From Octopus sinensis (taxonomy: Eukaryota): DNA of 64,000 bases. Below the pieces are notes generated by a model. It was not told where the DNA came from. It was given only the letters and a program-made list of their open reading frames with translations, and did not search any database. Where the stretch lies: assembly GCF_006345805.1 (NCBI RefSeq), contig NC_042999.1, positions 19,654,001-19,718,000 of the forward strand. Direction: 5' to 3'. This document shows, piece by piece, positions 51,243 to 63,694 of the stretch. Numbering within the stretch: the first letter of the stretch is position 1; each line of letters begins with the position of its first letter. Position numbers and translations under genes: made by a program.

Positions 51243-51964
51243 GGATCTTTTCCTTCCGAACGGCAGTTTTCAACATAATTTCTAGTTAACTAAACACTTT
51301 TAAACTTCGTATACTGGTAGAATGTTTCAAAATAAAACATTTTTTTCTCTTGTCTTTCTTGAGAAGATTGTAATTTGTAAGTTTAACGTAGTTTAATTTT
51401 TCGAATTTTAACCAATCGATGGCCTCTATTTAGCTCACATCATTTGCTGCGTCTAAAACTGAGACAACATCCTGTCACTGTTATGTTTACTTTTGGAGAG
51501 CGTGTGTATAAAATTTATAGAATTATTTTGTTTGTTAATTGTTTAAATTATTTTCCATTGCTTTCGTTTTAGCCTTTCGTTTTTTTTTTCTTAAGCAATG
51601 GAAAATAGTTTAAACAATACACGTGTATCTCAAAACAAAATGAATAATTTTAGACACACGCCTAACAATTTAAATTAATTTAACAATTAAGAAACAAAAA
51701 AACGAAAGGCTAAAATTTAGGGTAGGGTCAGTGAGAGGATGTTGTCTCAGTTTTAGACGCAGCAAATGATTTTAGCTGAATAGAAGCCATCGATTGGTTA
51801 AAATTCGAAAAATTAAACTACGTTAAACTTACAAATTACAATTTTCTCAAGAAAGCCAAAAGAAAAAATGTTTTATTTTGACACATTCTACCAGTATACG
51901 AGTTTAAAAGTGTTTAGTTAACTAGAATTTGTGTAGGAAACTGCCGTTCGAAAGGAAAAGATCC
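51243..51964. mobile_element. Long-TIR element, type A
   Basis: Same termini as 47063-47783; right flank is GATATATT. Confidence 0.8.
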
Positions 51965-52861
51965 GATATATTTCGTCTTTACTTTCATTTTACCTGTTGC
52001 AGTCATTAAACTGAGGCCATGCTGGGGCATCGCCTCGAAGAATTTTTAGTCGAATGTATCAACTCCAATATTTTTTCAAATGATTTTCAACAAGGACATA
52101 GTTAAACCTAAATGTCTTTTAACATGATAGAGATAACAGCCAAATCTTTAAACATTATTTTTATAAATTTCAAATAAACAAAAACGGATACCGTGGTTGT
52201 AACAAAACAAACACTTACATATTTTAACTATGGGACGGGGTTTGTTTGAGGGGCTCTTGTCTTAGGGGGCTTTTTTTAAAGAGTCTTTTGACCTGCTCTA
52301 ATTTACCCGCGTTTTCATATCATTAATTACTAAATCAAAAGAAATTCAATTTATCGCATCTTTAACGACTTCGGTTATTGCTTATGAGAAAAAAAAGGCG
52401 GCGACAATGTATATTTCAAAAGTGGATAAAACAAATTCTCATACTGGGGTTGGATGGGGCTGAGATTCTAACTGGGGGTGGAGGTGGGGCTGAGATTCAA
52501 ACTGCAGGTGCTTAACACCCCATAGCTCCCCCATTGCTACGTGCCTGGCTGCAGGTCACAGTACCTGAATCTCACTGACCTCTGACCAGAGCGTCCATTC
52601 CTTGATTAGTGTATCTTACATTCAAATCATATTCATAGACCAATAACAAATATTTAAGAGACTCACATCTTCGTTAATGACGAATGCTTTGCTTTGATAG
52701 CTACACCTTGTAAGTCGGGCGAACAGGTACGGATTGGTTCGTTGTTAAATAAGTTTGCTTCAAACCAACAGGTACTCGGTTTCGTACCACTGTTTACCAT
52801 ATTAAACGTAAAATATTATTTACAATAGCGTCAGGTGAACGTTGTGAGTGAAACTGGACTG

Positions 52862-54080
52862 GGATATTTTCCTTTTGATGGACGGAATTTTCTAGTTAAC
52901 TAAACAATTTGAAACTTCGTATACTGGTAGAATGTGTCAAAAGAAAACATCATTGTTAACAAAATTGAAAGCAAGATTGTAATTTGTAAGATTAACGTAG
53001 ATTAATTCTTCGAATTTTTGCCCATGAAATGCCAGCATTTGAGCTGAAATCATTTGCTGCGTCTAAAATCTCAGACAATATCCTCTTGGAACGTAAACAG
53101 CACACACACACACACACGTGTTATTCATCCTTCTCTCTTCAGTCTTCTGTCTTCTGCATGTGCTAGAAGCAGCAGCTATATCTTTAAATCGATGAATTTC
53201 GTTGTCCAATAAAAATATTAACGATATTTTTTGAAAATTTTCTTTTCTTTTTTTTTACCGAAAAGGCTTCTTCCATGGTTTTGAGGGGCCAGAAACAACA
53301 AAAACAAAACAATAATATGCCTAAATCGGTCTAGAGTGGGATATAAGGGTACGCGGGGAGTGTGGGTCGTATTGTAAAAATTTGCGAAATATTTATTCAT
53401 AAAAGGATGCCCCAGCTTGTCGGAGGCTCTGATGTAAATTGGGAAAAAAATCCTCGACACCAGTGCGTAATTGGTTCTTAATTTATCGACCCCGAAACGA
53501 TGAAACATTGACCCCCGCCCTTCTGGTTAATTTACCTTTTGTGTAAAGTTGTTCCGGCAAGGGGCAAAACACAGAGGGCACAAAGCATGAGATACAAAAG
53601 TATTAAGTCGATTCTATCGACACCAGTGCGAACCCACGAACGTGTATGTATGCTTGTGTGCGTATGTGTGTGTACGTATATCTCCGTTTGTATGTGTGTG
53701 TACGCTTATATATTAATTACTATGTACTTGTGCAAATGTATATGCATGTGTTTCAGAGAGAGAGAGAGAGTGACAGTGTGTGTGTGTGCGTGTGTGTGCA
53801 AGTGTACGTGAGTATGCATTTGAATATAAGTGTGCGTGTGTGTATGCGGCGTGCGTCTGCTATGTTTGTTTATATCGATAACGCAGCAAATAATTTCAGC
53901 TCAAATGTGGTATTTCATTAGTTAAGATTCGAAGAATTAAACTACGTTAATCCTACAAATTACAATTTCGTTTTCAATTTTGTTTACAATAATGTTTTCT
54001 TTTGACACATTCAATCAGTATACGAAGTTTCAGATTGTTAAGTTAACTAGAAAATTCCGTCTATCAAAAGGAAAAGATCC
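52862..54080. mobile_element. Long-TIR element, type B (~1.2 kb)
   Basis: ~200-bp inverted arms ending GGAAAAGATCC; interior has CA repeats and SINE C pieces; right flank is AATATATC. Confidence 0.75.
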
Positions 54081-54413
54081 AATATATCAGAAGTTTGACC
54101 AGGCTACGTGTCAAGAAGTGTGAAAAAATGAAAAATTAAATAAAAGTGGTGCTATTAAGTTAGACATGGCCTGGGCCAATAATGGCCGAAACCTATCAAA
54201 GTATCAAAGTAAATATAAGCTTGGGGCTTTTGTCCACTTTCACACTTTAAGTAGGGGCTTTTGTCCGTACCTCTGTTCAGCACGCCCAGCTATCAAGATA
54301 GCACCCCCAGTTGCAATCGGCTGGCAACTTCGCTGCCTGCTACCCAGCAGCCAGTAACACTGCTGCTAGTGTTGCTAATGACAAGTAAGTTATTCGCCAT
54401 ATTCCCTATCTTG

Positions 54414-54670
54414 GTGACGTCACTTGTCTTAGACGTTTACTTTTACACAATGGTAAGAACTTATATTATCATTCAACATACAATATTTATATATACTTAC
54501 AAATAATTGATTTAAAGATATTAGAAATATTTTAAACTAGAAAATGTAAGGATTGAATGTGTTTACAATATAGCAGGTAATTAAGTGTGATTGGAATAAA
54601 CAATTTACACATCAGTGGGTGTAACATTAACTTGTGTAAAGATAGTCTGTGGTAAAATGGCTAAAATTTT
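54414..54670 (+). promoter_or_regulatory. U2 upstream block, copy 4
   Basis: GTGACGTCAC at -257. Confidence 0.6.
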
Positions 54671-54859
54671 ATCGCTTCTCGGCCTTTTGGCTAAGATCAA
54701 AGTGTAGTATCTGTTCTTATCAGCTTAATATCTGATACGGTCCCTATTTGGGACCATCGATATTAAACTGATTTTTAGAACGAGGCGAAGTGTTAGGGGC
54801 TTGCTCCGCCTTTGCCACGGGTTGTCCTGGTATTGCAGTGCTTCCAGGATTCAGCCCAC
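54671..54859 (+). ncRNA. U2: U2 snRNA, copy 4
   Basis: Full length; G83A in stem IIb. Confidence 0.97.
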
Positions 54860-55394
54860 TCCCACACGGGAGATACAAATTAAAAATAAAATCAGATATG
54901 TTGTTACAACCAACTTTTTTTTTTTTCATCATCTCAGTGGGTTTTCGTTAGTTGTCGTTGCTAAAGACCTTCCTCGCCGTTAGCAAGCGGTTCGCGTTCG
55001 ATCCCGACTCAGCCCAAAGGCTTTTGTCCTCTTTGCTTTCTCATTTCAAATCCCGTCTTCGATTTCACGCCACCCCCTACCAGAATCAGTGCCTTTTGGG
55101 GAGACCCTTTTTTCTTTCAAGAAGTTGATTCAGGTCTCCCCTTTAAGTATATTTTCCTTCTCTCTCCTTCACACCAGTCTCAGGTGCCAAGCATAGTCAC
55201 ACGGAAACTGCATTTCCACTTCACTACAACAAAGTATGACAACAGCAAAAACAATGTGGATGCACAAAAGAAGTGACATTACCTATCTATCAACCTACTA
55301 GAAATAGCAGCTAACAGACAGGATCAATTGGTAGGAATTCCAGTATCTGCCGCCAATAGTACTTACTAGTATAGTCTTTGAAAGAAAACAGCAG

Positions 55395-56100
55395 GGATCA
55401 TTTCCTTTTGAACGACAGTTTTCAAAATAATTTCCAGTTAACTAAAAACTTTTAAACTTCGTATACTGGTAGAATGTGTCAAAATAAAACATCTGTTTCT
55501 TTTGGCTTTCTTGAGAAAATTGTAATTTGTAAGTTTAACGTAGTTTAATTTTTCGAATTTTAACCAATCGATGGCCTCTATTTAACTAAAATCATTTTCT
55601 GCGTCTAAAACTGAGACAACTGTTATGTTTACGTTCGGAAAGCGTGTGTATAAAATTATAGAATTACTTTGTTTGTTAATTGTTTAAATTATTTTCCATT
55701 GCTTTCGTTTTTTTTTTTTCTTAAGCAATGGAAAATAGTTTAAACAATACACGTGTATCTCAAAACAAAAACAAAACGAATAATTTTAGACACACTCGTA
55801 ACAATTATATTAATTTAACAATTAAGAAAAAAAAAAAACGGAAGGCTAAAATTCAGGGTCGGGTCAGTGAGAGGATGTTGTCTCAGTTTTAGACGCAGCA
55901 AATGATTTTAGCTGAATAGAAGCCATCGATTGGTTAAAATTCGAAAAATTAAATTACGTTAAACTTACAAATTACAATTTTCTCAAAGCCAAAAGAAAAA
56001 AAATGTTTTATTTTGACACATTCTACCAGTATACGAAGTTTAAAAGTGTTTAGTTAACTAGAAATTGTGTAGAAAACTGCCGTTCAAATGGAAAAGATCC
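55395..56100. mobile_element. Long-TIR element, type A
   Basis: Paralog of 51243-51964. Confidence 0.8.
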
Positions 56101-56873
56101 GATATATTTCGTCTTTACTTTCATTTTACTTGTTGCAGTCATTAAACTGAGGCTATGCTGGGGCATCACCTCGAAGAATTTTTAGTCGAATATATCAACT
56201 CAAATATTTTTTTTAATGATTTTCAACAAGTACATAGTTAAACCTAAAAAAGTCTTTTAACATGATGGAGATAACAGCCAAATCTTTAAATATTATTTTT
56301 ATAAATTTCAAATGAACAAAAACGGATACGGTGGTTGTAAAAAGAACAAAACAAAACACTTACATATTTTGACTATGGGAAGGGGTTCGTTTGAAGGGCT
56401 CTTGTCTTAGGGGCCTTTTTTATGAGAAAAAAAGTCGGCGACAATGTATTATTTCAAAAGTGGATAAAACAAATTCTCATACTGGGGTGGGATGGGGCTG
56501 AGATTCTAACTGCGGGTGCTGAGCACGCCATAGCTCCCCCATGGCTACGTGCCTGGTTGCAGGTCACAGTACATGAATCTCACTGACCTCTGACCAGAGC
56601 GTCCATTCCTTGATTAGTGCATCTTACGTTCATATCATCTTCATAGACCAATAACAAATATTTAAGAGACTCACATCTTCGTTAATGTCGAATGCTTTGT
56701 TTTGATAGCTATACCTTGTAAGTCGGGCGACCAGGTTGCGATTGGTTCGTTGTTAAAGTAACAAGTTTGCTTCAAACCAACAGGTACTCGCTTTCGTACC
56801 ACTGTTTACCATATTAAATGTAAAATATTATTTACAATAGCGTCAGGTGAACGTTGTGAGTGAAACTGGACTG

Positions 56874-57111
56874 GGATCTTTTCCTTTTGATGGACGGAAT
56901 TTTCTAGTTAACTAAACAATTTGAAACTTCGTATACTGGTAGAATGTGTCAAAAGAAAGCATTACTGAAAACAAAATTGTAATTTGTAAGTTTAACGTAG
57001 TTTAATTCTTCGAATTTTAACCAATGAATTGCCAGCATTTGAGCTGAAATCATTTGCTGCGTTTAAAAACTCAGACAATATCCTCTTGCAACGTAAACAG
57101 CACACACACAC

Positions 57112-57157
<46 letters not shown>

Positions 57158-57804
57158 TTGTTCATCCTTCTCTCTTCTATCTTCTGCATTTGCTAGAAAT
57201 AACAGCTATATCTCTTAAATCGATGAATTTCGTTGCCCAATAAAAATATTAACGATATTTTTTGAATATTTTCTTTTCTTTTTTTTTACCGAAAAGGCTT
57301 CTCCCATGGTTTTGAAGGGCCACAAACAACAAAAACAAAACAATAATATGCCTAATTTGGTCTAGAGTGGGATATGAGTGTACGCGTTGAGTGTGGGTCG
57401 TATTGTAAAAATTTGCGAAATATTTATTCATAAAAGGATGCCCCAGCTTGTCGGAGGCTGTGATATAATTTGGAAAAAATCCTCGACACCAGTGCGTAAT
57501 TGGTTCTTAATTTATCGACCTCCGAAACGATGAAACTTTGACTCCCCCCTTCTGGTTTATTTACCTTTTGTGTATATTTGTTGCGGAAAGGGGCAAAACA
57601 CAGAGAGGACAAAGCATGAGGTACAAAAGTAATAAGTCGATTCTATCGACACCAGTGCGATACCACGAACGTGTATGTAAGCTTGTGTGCGTATGTGTGT
57701 GTACGTATATCTCCGTTTGTATGTGTGTGTACAATTTTATATTAATTACTATGTGCTTGTGCAAATGTATATGCATGTGTTTCAGAGAGAGAGAAAGAGT
57801 GACA

Positions 57805-57844
<40 letters not shown>

Positions 57845-58125
57845 AAGTGTACGTGTGTATGTATCTGAATATATGTGTGCGTGTGTGTATGCGGCGTGCG
57901 TCTGCTATGTTTGTTTATATCGATAACGCAGCAAATGATTTCAGCTCAAATGTGGCATTTCATTTGTTAAGATTCAAAGAATTAAACTACGTTAATCTTA
58001 CAAATTACAATTTTGTTTTCAATTTTGTTTACAACAATGTTTTCTTTTGACACATTCTACCAGTATACGAAGTTTCAAATTGTTTAGTTAACTAGAAAAT
58101 TCCGTCCATCAAAAGGAAAAGATCC
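56874..58125. mobile_element. Long-TIR element, type B
   Basis: Paralog of 52862-54080. Confidence 0.75.
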
Positions 58126-58392
58126 AATATATCAGAAGTATAACCAGGCTAGGCGTCAAGAAGTGTGAAAAAATGAAAAAATAATATAAAAATTTAAGCA
58201 TGGGGTTTTTGTCCACTTACACACTTTAACTTGGGGCTTTTGTCCGTACCTCTGTTCAGCACCCCAGCTATCAAGATAGCACCCCCAGTTGCCATCGGCT
58301 GGCAACTTGGCTGCCTGCTACCCAGCAGCCAGTAAACACTTCCGCTAGTGTTGCTGATGCCAAGTAAGTGAATCGCCATATTCCCTATCTTG

Positions 58393-58648
58393 GTGACGTC
58401 ACTTGTCTTAGACGTTTACTTTATATAATGATAAGAACGTATATTAACATTCAACATACGATATTTATATATACTTACAAATAATTGATTTAAAGATATT
58501 AAAAATATCTTAAACTAGGAAATGCAAGGATTGAATGTGTTTACAATATAGCAGGTAATTAAGTGTGATTGGAATAAATAATTTACACATCAGTGGGTGT
58601 AACATTAACTTGTGTAAAGATAGTCTGTGGTAAAATGGCTAAAATTTT
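58393..58648 (+). promoter_or_regulatory. U2 upstream block, copy 5
   Basis: GTGACGTCAC at -256. Confidence 0.6.
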
Positions 58649-58837
58649 ATCGCTTCTCGGCCTTTTGGCTAAGATCAAAGTGTAGTATCTGTTCTTATCA
58701 GCTTAATATCTGATACGGTCCCTATTTGGGGCCATCGATATTAAACTGATTTTTAGAACGAGGCGAAGTGTTAGGGGCTTGCTCCGCCTTTGCCACGGGT
58801 TGTCCTGGTATTGCAGTGCTTCCAGGATTCAGCCCAC
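58649..58837 (+). ncRNA. U2: U2 snRNA, copy 5
   Basis: Full length, identical to copy 3. Confidence 0.97.
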
Positions 58838-59370
58838 TCCCACCCGGGAGACACAAATTAAAAATAAAATCAGATATGTTGTTACAGTCCCCTTTTTGTT
58901 TTCATCATCTCAGCGGGTTTTCCGTTAGTTGTCGATGCTAAAGACCTTCCTCGCCGTCAGCAAGCGGTTCCCGTTCGATCCCGACTCAACCCCACGGTTT
59001 TTGTCCTCTTTGCTTCCTCATTTCAAATCCCGTCATCGCTATCGCGCTACCCCCTACCAGGATCAGTGCCTTTTGATGAGACCCTTTTTTCTTCTGAGAA
59101 GTCGATTCGAGTCTCCCTTTAAGTATATTTTCCTTCTCTCTCCTTCACACTAGTCTCAGGTGCCAAGCAAAGTCGCACGGAAACTGCATTTCCACTTCAC
59201 TACAACAAAGTTTAACAACAGCAAAAACAATATGGATGCACAAAAGAAGGGACATTCCCTATCTATCAACCAACTAGAAATAGCAGCTAACAGACAGGAT
59301 CAATTGGTAGGAATTCCAGTATCTGCCGCCAATAGTACTTACTAGTATACTCTTTAAAAGAAAACAGCAG

Positions 59371-59873
59371 AGAACTTTTCCTTTTGAACGGCAGTTTTCA
59401 ACATAATTTCTAGTTAACTAAACACTTTTAAACTTCGTATACTGGTAGAATGTGTCAAAATAAAACATATTTTTTTTTTGGCTTTCGTGAGAAAATTGTA
59501 ATTTGTAAGTTTAACGTAGTTTAATTTTTCGAATTTTAACCAATCGATGGCTTCTATTTAGTTAAAATCATTTGCTGCGTCTAAAACTGAGACAACATCC
59601 TGTCACTGTTATGTTTACGTTCGGAAAGCGTGTGTAGAAAATCATAGAATTATTTTATTGTTAATTGTTTAAATTAATTTCCATTGTTTTCATTTTAGCC
59701 TTTCGTCTTTTTCTTTTCTTATGCAATGGAAAATAGTTTAAACAATACACGTATATCTCAAAACAAAGACGAAGTGAATAATTTTAGACACACGCGTAAC
59801 AATTAAATTAATTTAACAATTAAGAAAAAAAAACGAAAGGTTAATATTTGGGCTAGGGTTAGTGTGGTTAGGG
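59371..59873. mobile_element. Long-TIR element type A, right arm missing
   Basis: Left arm and interior present, then a switch to a SINE C fragment at ~59875-60015. Confidence 0.7.
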
Positions 59874-60271
59874 TCGTCAACTTTGCCTTTCATCCTTTCG
59901 GGGATGATAAATTTAGTACCAGTTACGCACTGGTGTCGATATAATCGACATAATCCGTTTGTCTGTCCTTGTTTGTCCCCTCTGTGTTTAGCCCCTTGTG
60001 GGTAATAAAGAAATATATATCAGAAGTTTGACCAGACTAGGCGTCAAGAAGTGTGAATAAAAAAACCAAAAAATAAAATAAAAATATTAGCATATGGCTT
60101 TTTTTCCAACTTTCACACTTTAAGTACCTCTGTTCAGCACCCCCAGCTATCAAGATAGCACCCCCAGTTGCAATCGGCTGGCTACTTGGCTGCCTGCTAC
60201 CCAGCAGCCAGTAAACACTGCTGCTAGTGTTGCTGCTGATAAGTAAGTGATTCGCCATACTCCCTATCTTA

Positions 60272-60528
60272 GTGACGTCACTTGTCTTAGACGTTTACTT
60301 TACACAATGGTAAGAACGTTTGTCACTATTCAACATACAATATCTAAATATATTTACAAATAATTGATTTAAAGATATTAAAAATATTTTAAACTAGGGA
60401 AATGTAAGGATTGAATGTGTTTACATAATAGCAGGTAATTAAGTGTGATTGGAATAAATAATTTACACATCAGTGGTTGCATCATTAACTTGTGTAAAGA
60501 TAGTCTGTGGAAAAAAAGCGGAAAATTT
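60272..60528 (+). promoter_or_regulatory. U2 upstream block, copy 6
   Basis: GTGACGTCAC at -257. Confidence 0.6.
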
Positions 60529-60717
60529 ATCGCTTCTCGGCCTTTTGGCTAAGATCAAAGTGTAGTATCTGTTCTTATCAGCTTAATATCTGATACGGTC
60601 CCTATTTGGGGCCATCGATATTAAACTGATTTTTAGAACGAGGCGAAGTGTTAGGGGCTTGCTCCGCCTTTGCCACGGGTTGTCCTTGTATTGCAGTGCT
60701 TCCAGGATTCAGCCCAC
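60529..60717 (+). ncRNA. U2: U2 snRNA, copy 6
   Basis: Full length; G159T in stem IV. Confidence 0.95.
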
Positions 60718-62513
60718 TCCCACCCGGGAGATACAAATTAAAAAGAAAATCAGATATATCGTTACAACCACCTTTTTTTTCACCTCAGCTGGTTTTCCGT
60801 TAGTTGTCGTTGCTAAAGAACTTCCTCGCCGTCAGCAAGCGGTTCAGTTCGATCGCGACTCAACCCCATGCATTTTGTCTTCTTTGCTTTCTCATTTCAA
60901 ATCCCGTCATCGCTTTCACCCCACCCCTACCAGGTTCAATGCCGAAGATATCAGTCCCTTAAATATTTGTTATTGGACTATATATATAAAACTGAGAAGG
61001 TGTGTCTGGTCTGCCTGTCTTACTGTGTTTCCCTAAAACTTGAGAACTACACAACCAATTTCATTCAAATTTTACACTTGCCTTACTAAGGGTCCATATA
61101 GTTTCATGTGCAAATAAAATGTTCAACGACTGGCCTTGGGCAAGCCCAAGGCAATATCATATCTTCTCCACTATTTCAGAATTACGTGTTAAAAGTCAAA
61201 CAAAAACTTTCTCAATTTTATGTGAGATACTTTCACTGTCAAATTAGAGATAATAATAACAATTGAATTATATGTAGCAAGTGATAATTAAAATCAAACT
61301 CAAGTATAATATAATCGTAACATAACAAAAGTAAAAGTAGCAATTGGTACAATATTACATCTTTTACTTGAACTTGAATAAGTGATTTCACATGAATGGG
61401 AATAAAATAAATTAAATCAACTGAGTACTGCTTTTTGACTCACCGCAAGGTTTTTTGTTATTATTATTACTGTTTAACTATCGATATCACGTTTGTTCGT
61501 TCCTCGTTTCCTACGGCGGTTTTCGATTTATTTTACCGCTTTCTCTTAGGTTATATTACTTTATTTGTCTTTTCTCTGAGTAAGGGAGAATATAATGATT
61601 CAACGTCACTTATACTAAAGTGTTATAATTATAACTAAAAACCCTAACTACAGTTATAACGTCATATAGGCATATACGCATGGAACGCTATATTAATGAC
61701 ATGTATGTTGAATATTTTAATCGTGTCCTTTAATCCGCTGTAAGAAACATAAATCAAAGATTACAGAAATGCATATTTATCTATGCTTAGTTGAAAAACA
61801 AACATGAAGAGAAACATTTTCTTTTAAATTATTTTTTATTATATAAATATAACATTTTATATTATTTACAGTAAGAAAGATAACTTTGTCGTGAAGAAAA
61901 ACGACTATAAATTCCTTAGCTAATTTCTTGTTTCTATCTAATACATTAACCAACAAATCAAAATAGATTTGTGATTAACTTAGACATGGCATAAAAATTA
62001 CCGATGTCTCCAAAAGAGTGAGTGACGTGGAGTTATGTGACAACCAACGATCACTATAGTTTCTTCCCAAAACCCGGATTTTTATAACTGCTCAACTTGA
62101 CTGAAAAGAATCGAAATTCAGGACAAATATTCTTTACGAAACATTTAGAATCTTTATATGAGCAGTTATATTAACCAATAGGAAAAAAGAAAATGATAAT
62201 TCTTCGGCAAAAACATTACGTCATATTGCCAATTCACGCCACATTTCAAAATGGCTAAAATGGTTATTGCTACACTCGCAAGGGAAACGTTGTTGTATTG
62301 CATTTGTTAAATAATTGTAAACTGTAACCCTCCCCATCTGGGAGAAGGAACTTTGTTTATTGTTTAAAAATTGAATTGTGTCCCTGTTTGGTGAAATTGA
62401 CAATATTTTCACCATTTATACGGAAGAATTTTTATTGGAATGCTTTCCATAGAAGAAAGTGTAAAAATGAATTTCGCTGCAGCCGTCGGCGGGCGCCACT
62501 CAATAAAATTAAA

Positions 62514-62975
62514 ATGGAAGAAATACAAACCTATTTCGGATTGATCACCGACAAAGACGGTGAATCTAGGATAACACCACCAAACGAAATACAAAATTAA
62601 ATTAAAGAAAAGACTATTGTCTATAAAGTATACAATGTAGAGAAAACAAGATTTGAACACCTGCAGGAAAGCACCATCGAAAAGTGTCTTGGTGCGACTA
62701 TGAAAGATTAAAGTATCTAACCAGAGGCAGTAAATTCCCCACAATAGAAGCAAGGTTCGAGTCAACGGAGCGTGCAAGGGAGTGCTCGACTCGAACCTTG
62801 CAAAGTGGAAGTATTCTATTTTTACCTTTATATCTAGGACGTAGGACGTCCCGGACAAAAATTAAAATTTCCCCCCCAGAAGTCGAGATAGGCTGGATTG
62901 TAGCCACACTTCTATACAAGAGGAAGGACAAGATACAATTGATCGAAATTGCAAGAGACGGGCCTACAATTCCAG
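62514..62975 (+). pseudogene. Degenerate LINE ORF1-like fragment (best-preserved copy)
   Basis: YLTRGSKFPTIEARFESTERARECSTRTLQSGSILFLPLYLGRRTSRTKIKISPPEVEIGWIVATLLY. Confidence 0.5.
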
Positions 62976-63159
62976 TCTGTTATATATTTTGAGTATTGTT
63001 ATAACTAACGATATCAAGATATAACTTTGTATTTTGTATTTTATGTATAGATGTATATATAAAGATGTACGTAGAATATGTACACATATATACATAAATT
63101 AGCACAGTGACACAGCAACGACGGGTCAAAATGCTAGTTGGTCTATATATGTGATTTGA

Positions 63160-63475
63160 GGGCGCAATGGCCCAGTGGTTAGGGCAGCAGACTCGCGGTT
63201 GTAGGATCACAGGTTCGATTCCAAGACCTGGCGCTGTGAATGTTAATTGAGTGAAAACTCCACGAGGCTCTACGACGCTCCGGCAGGGGTTTGTGGCGAT
63301 CCCTGCTGTAATCTTTCGCCAAAACTTTCTCTCTATATATCTCTGTTTTGTTGGCCTGCTCGATTAGCCTGCGAGGTGGCGTCATTTGAAGGCTAAAAGA
63401 ATGCAAAGTGCATTGTGACCAGCGATGAATAGCAAAATCAGATAGCCTGGTCTGTCACGGTGATCACAGTGATAT
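63160..63475 (+). mobile_element. SINE family D
   Basis: Paralog of 45624-45941. Confidence 0.7.
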
Positions 63476-63479
63476 ATGA

Positions 63480-63694
63480 TTTGAAAATAAGATGCACTAA
63501 TCGAGGATTGAACGATCTGCTCAGAGGTCAGTCAGATTCATTCACCGTGACCTGCTACCCACCAGCCAGACACTAGCCAACACTGCTGATAAGTGATTAG
63601 CCGCGCCCCCTATCATGGTGACGTCACTTGTCTGAGACGTTTACTTTACGCAATGGTAAGAACATATATTACCATTCAACATACAATATCTATA
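63480..63694 (+). promoter_or_regulatory. Truncated (orphan) U2 upstream block
   Basis: CRE at 63618-63627; homology stops at ~63694 and no U2 follows. Confidence 0.6.

Noticed and set aside
44341-60717. U2-targeting retrotransposon insertion (Keno/Utopia type)
   Set aside because: All six U2 copies are uninterrupted, and no truncated U2 halves are visible.
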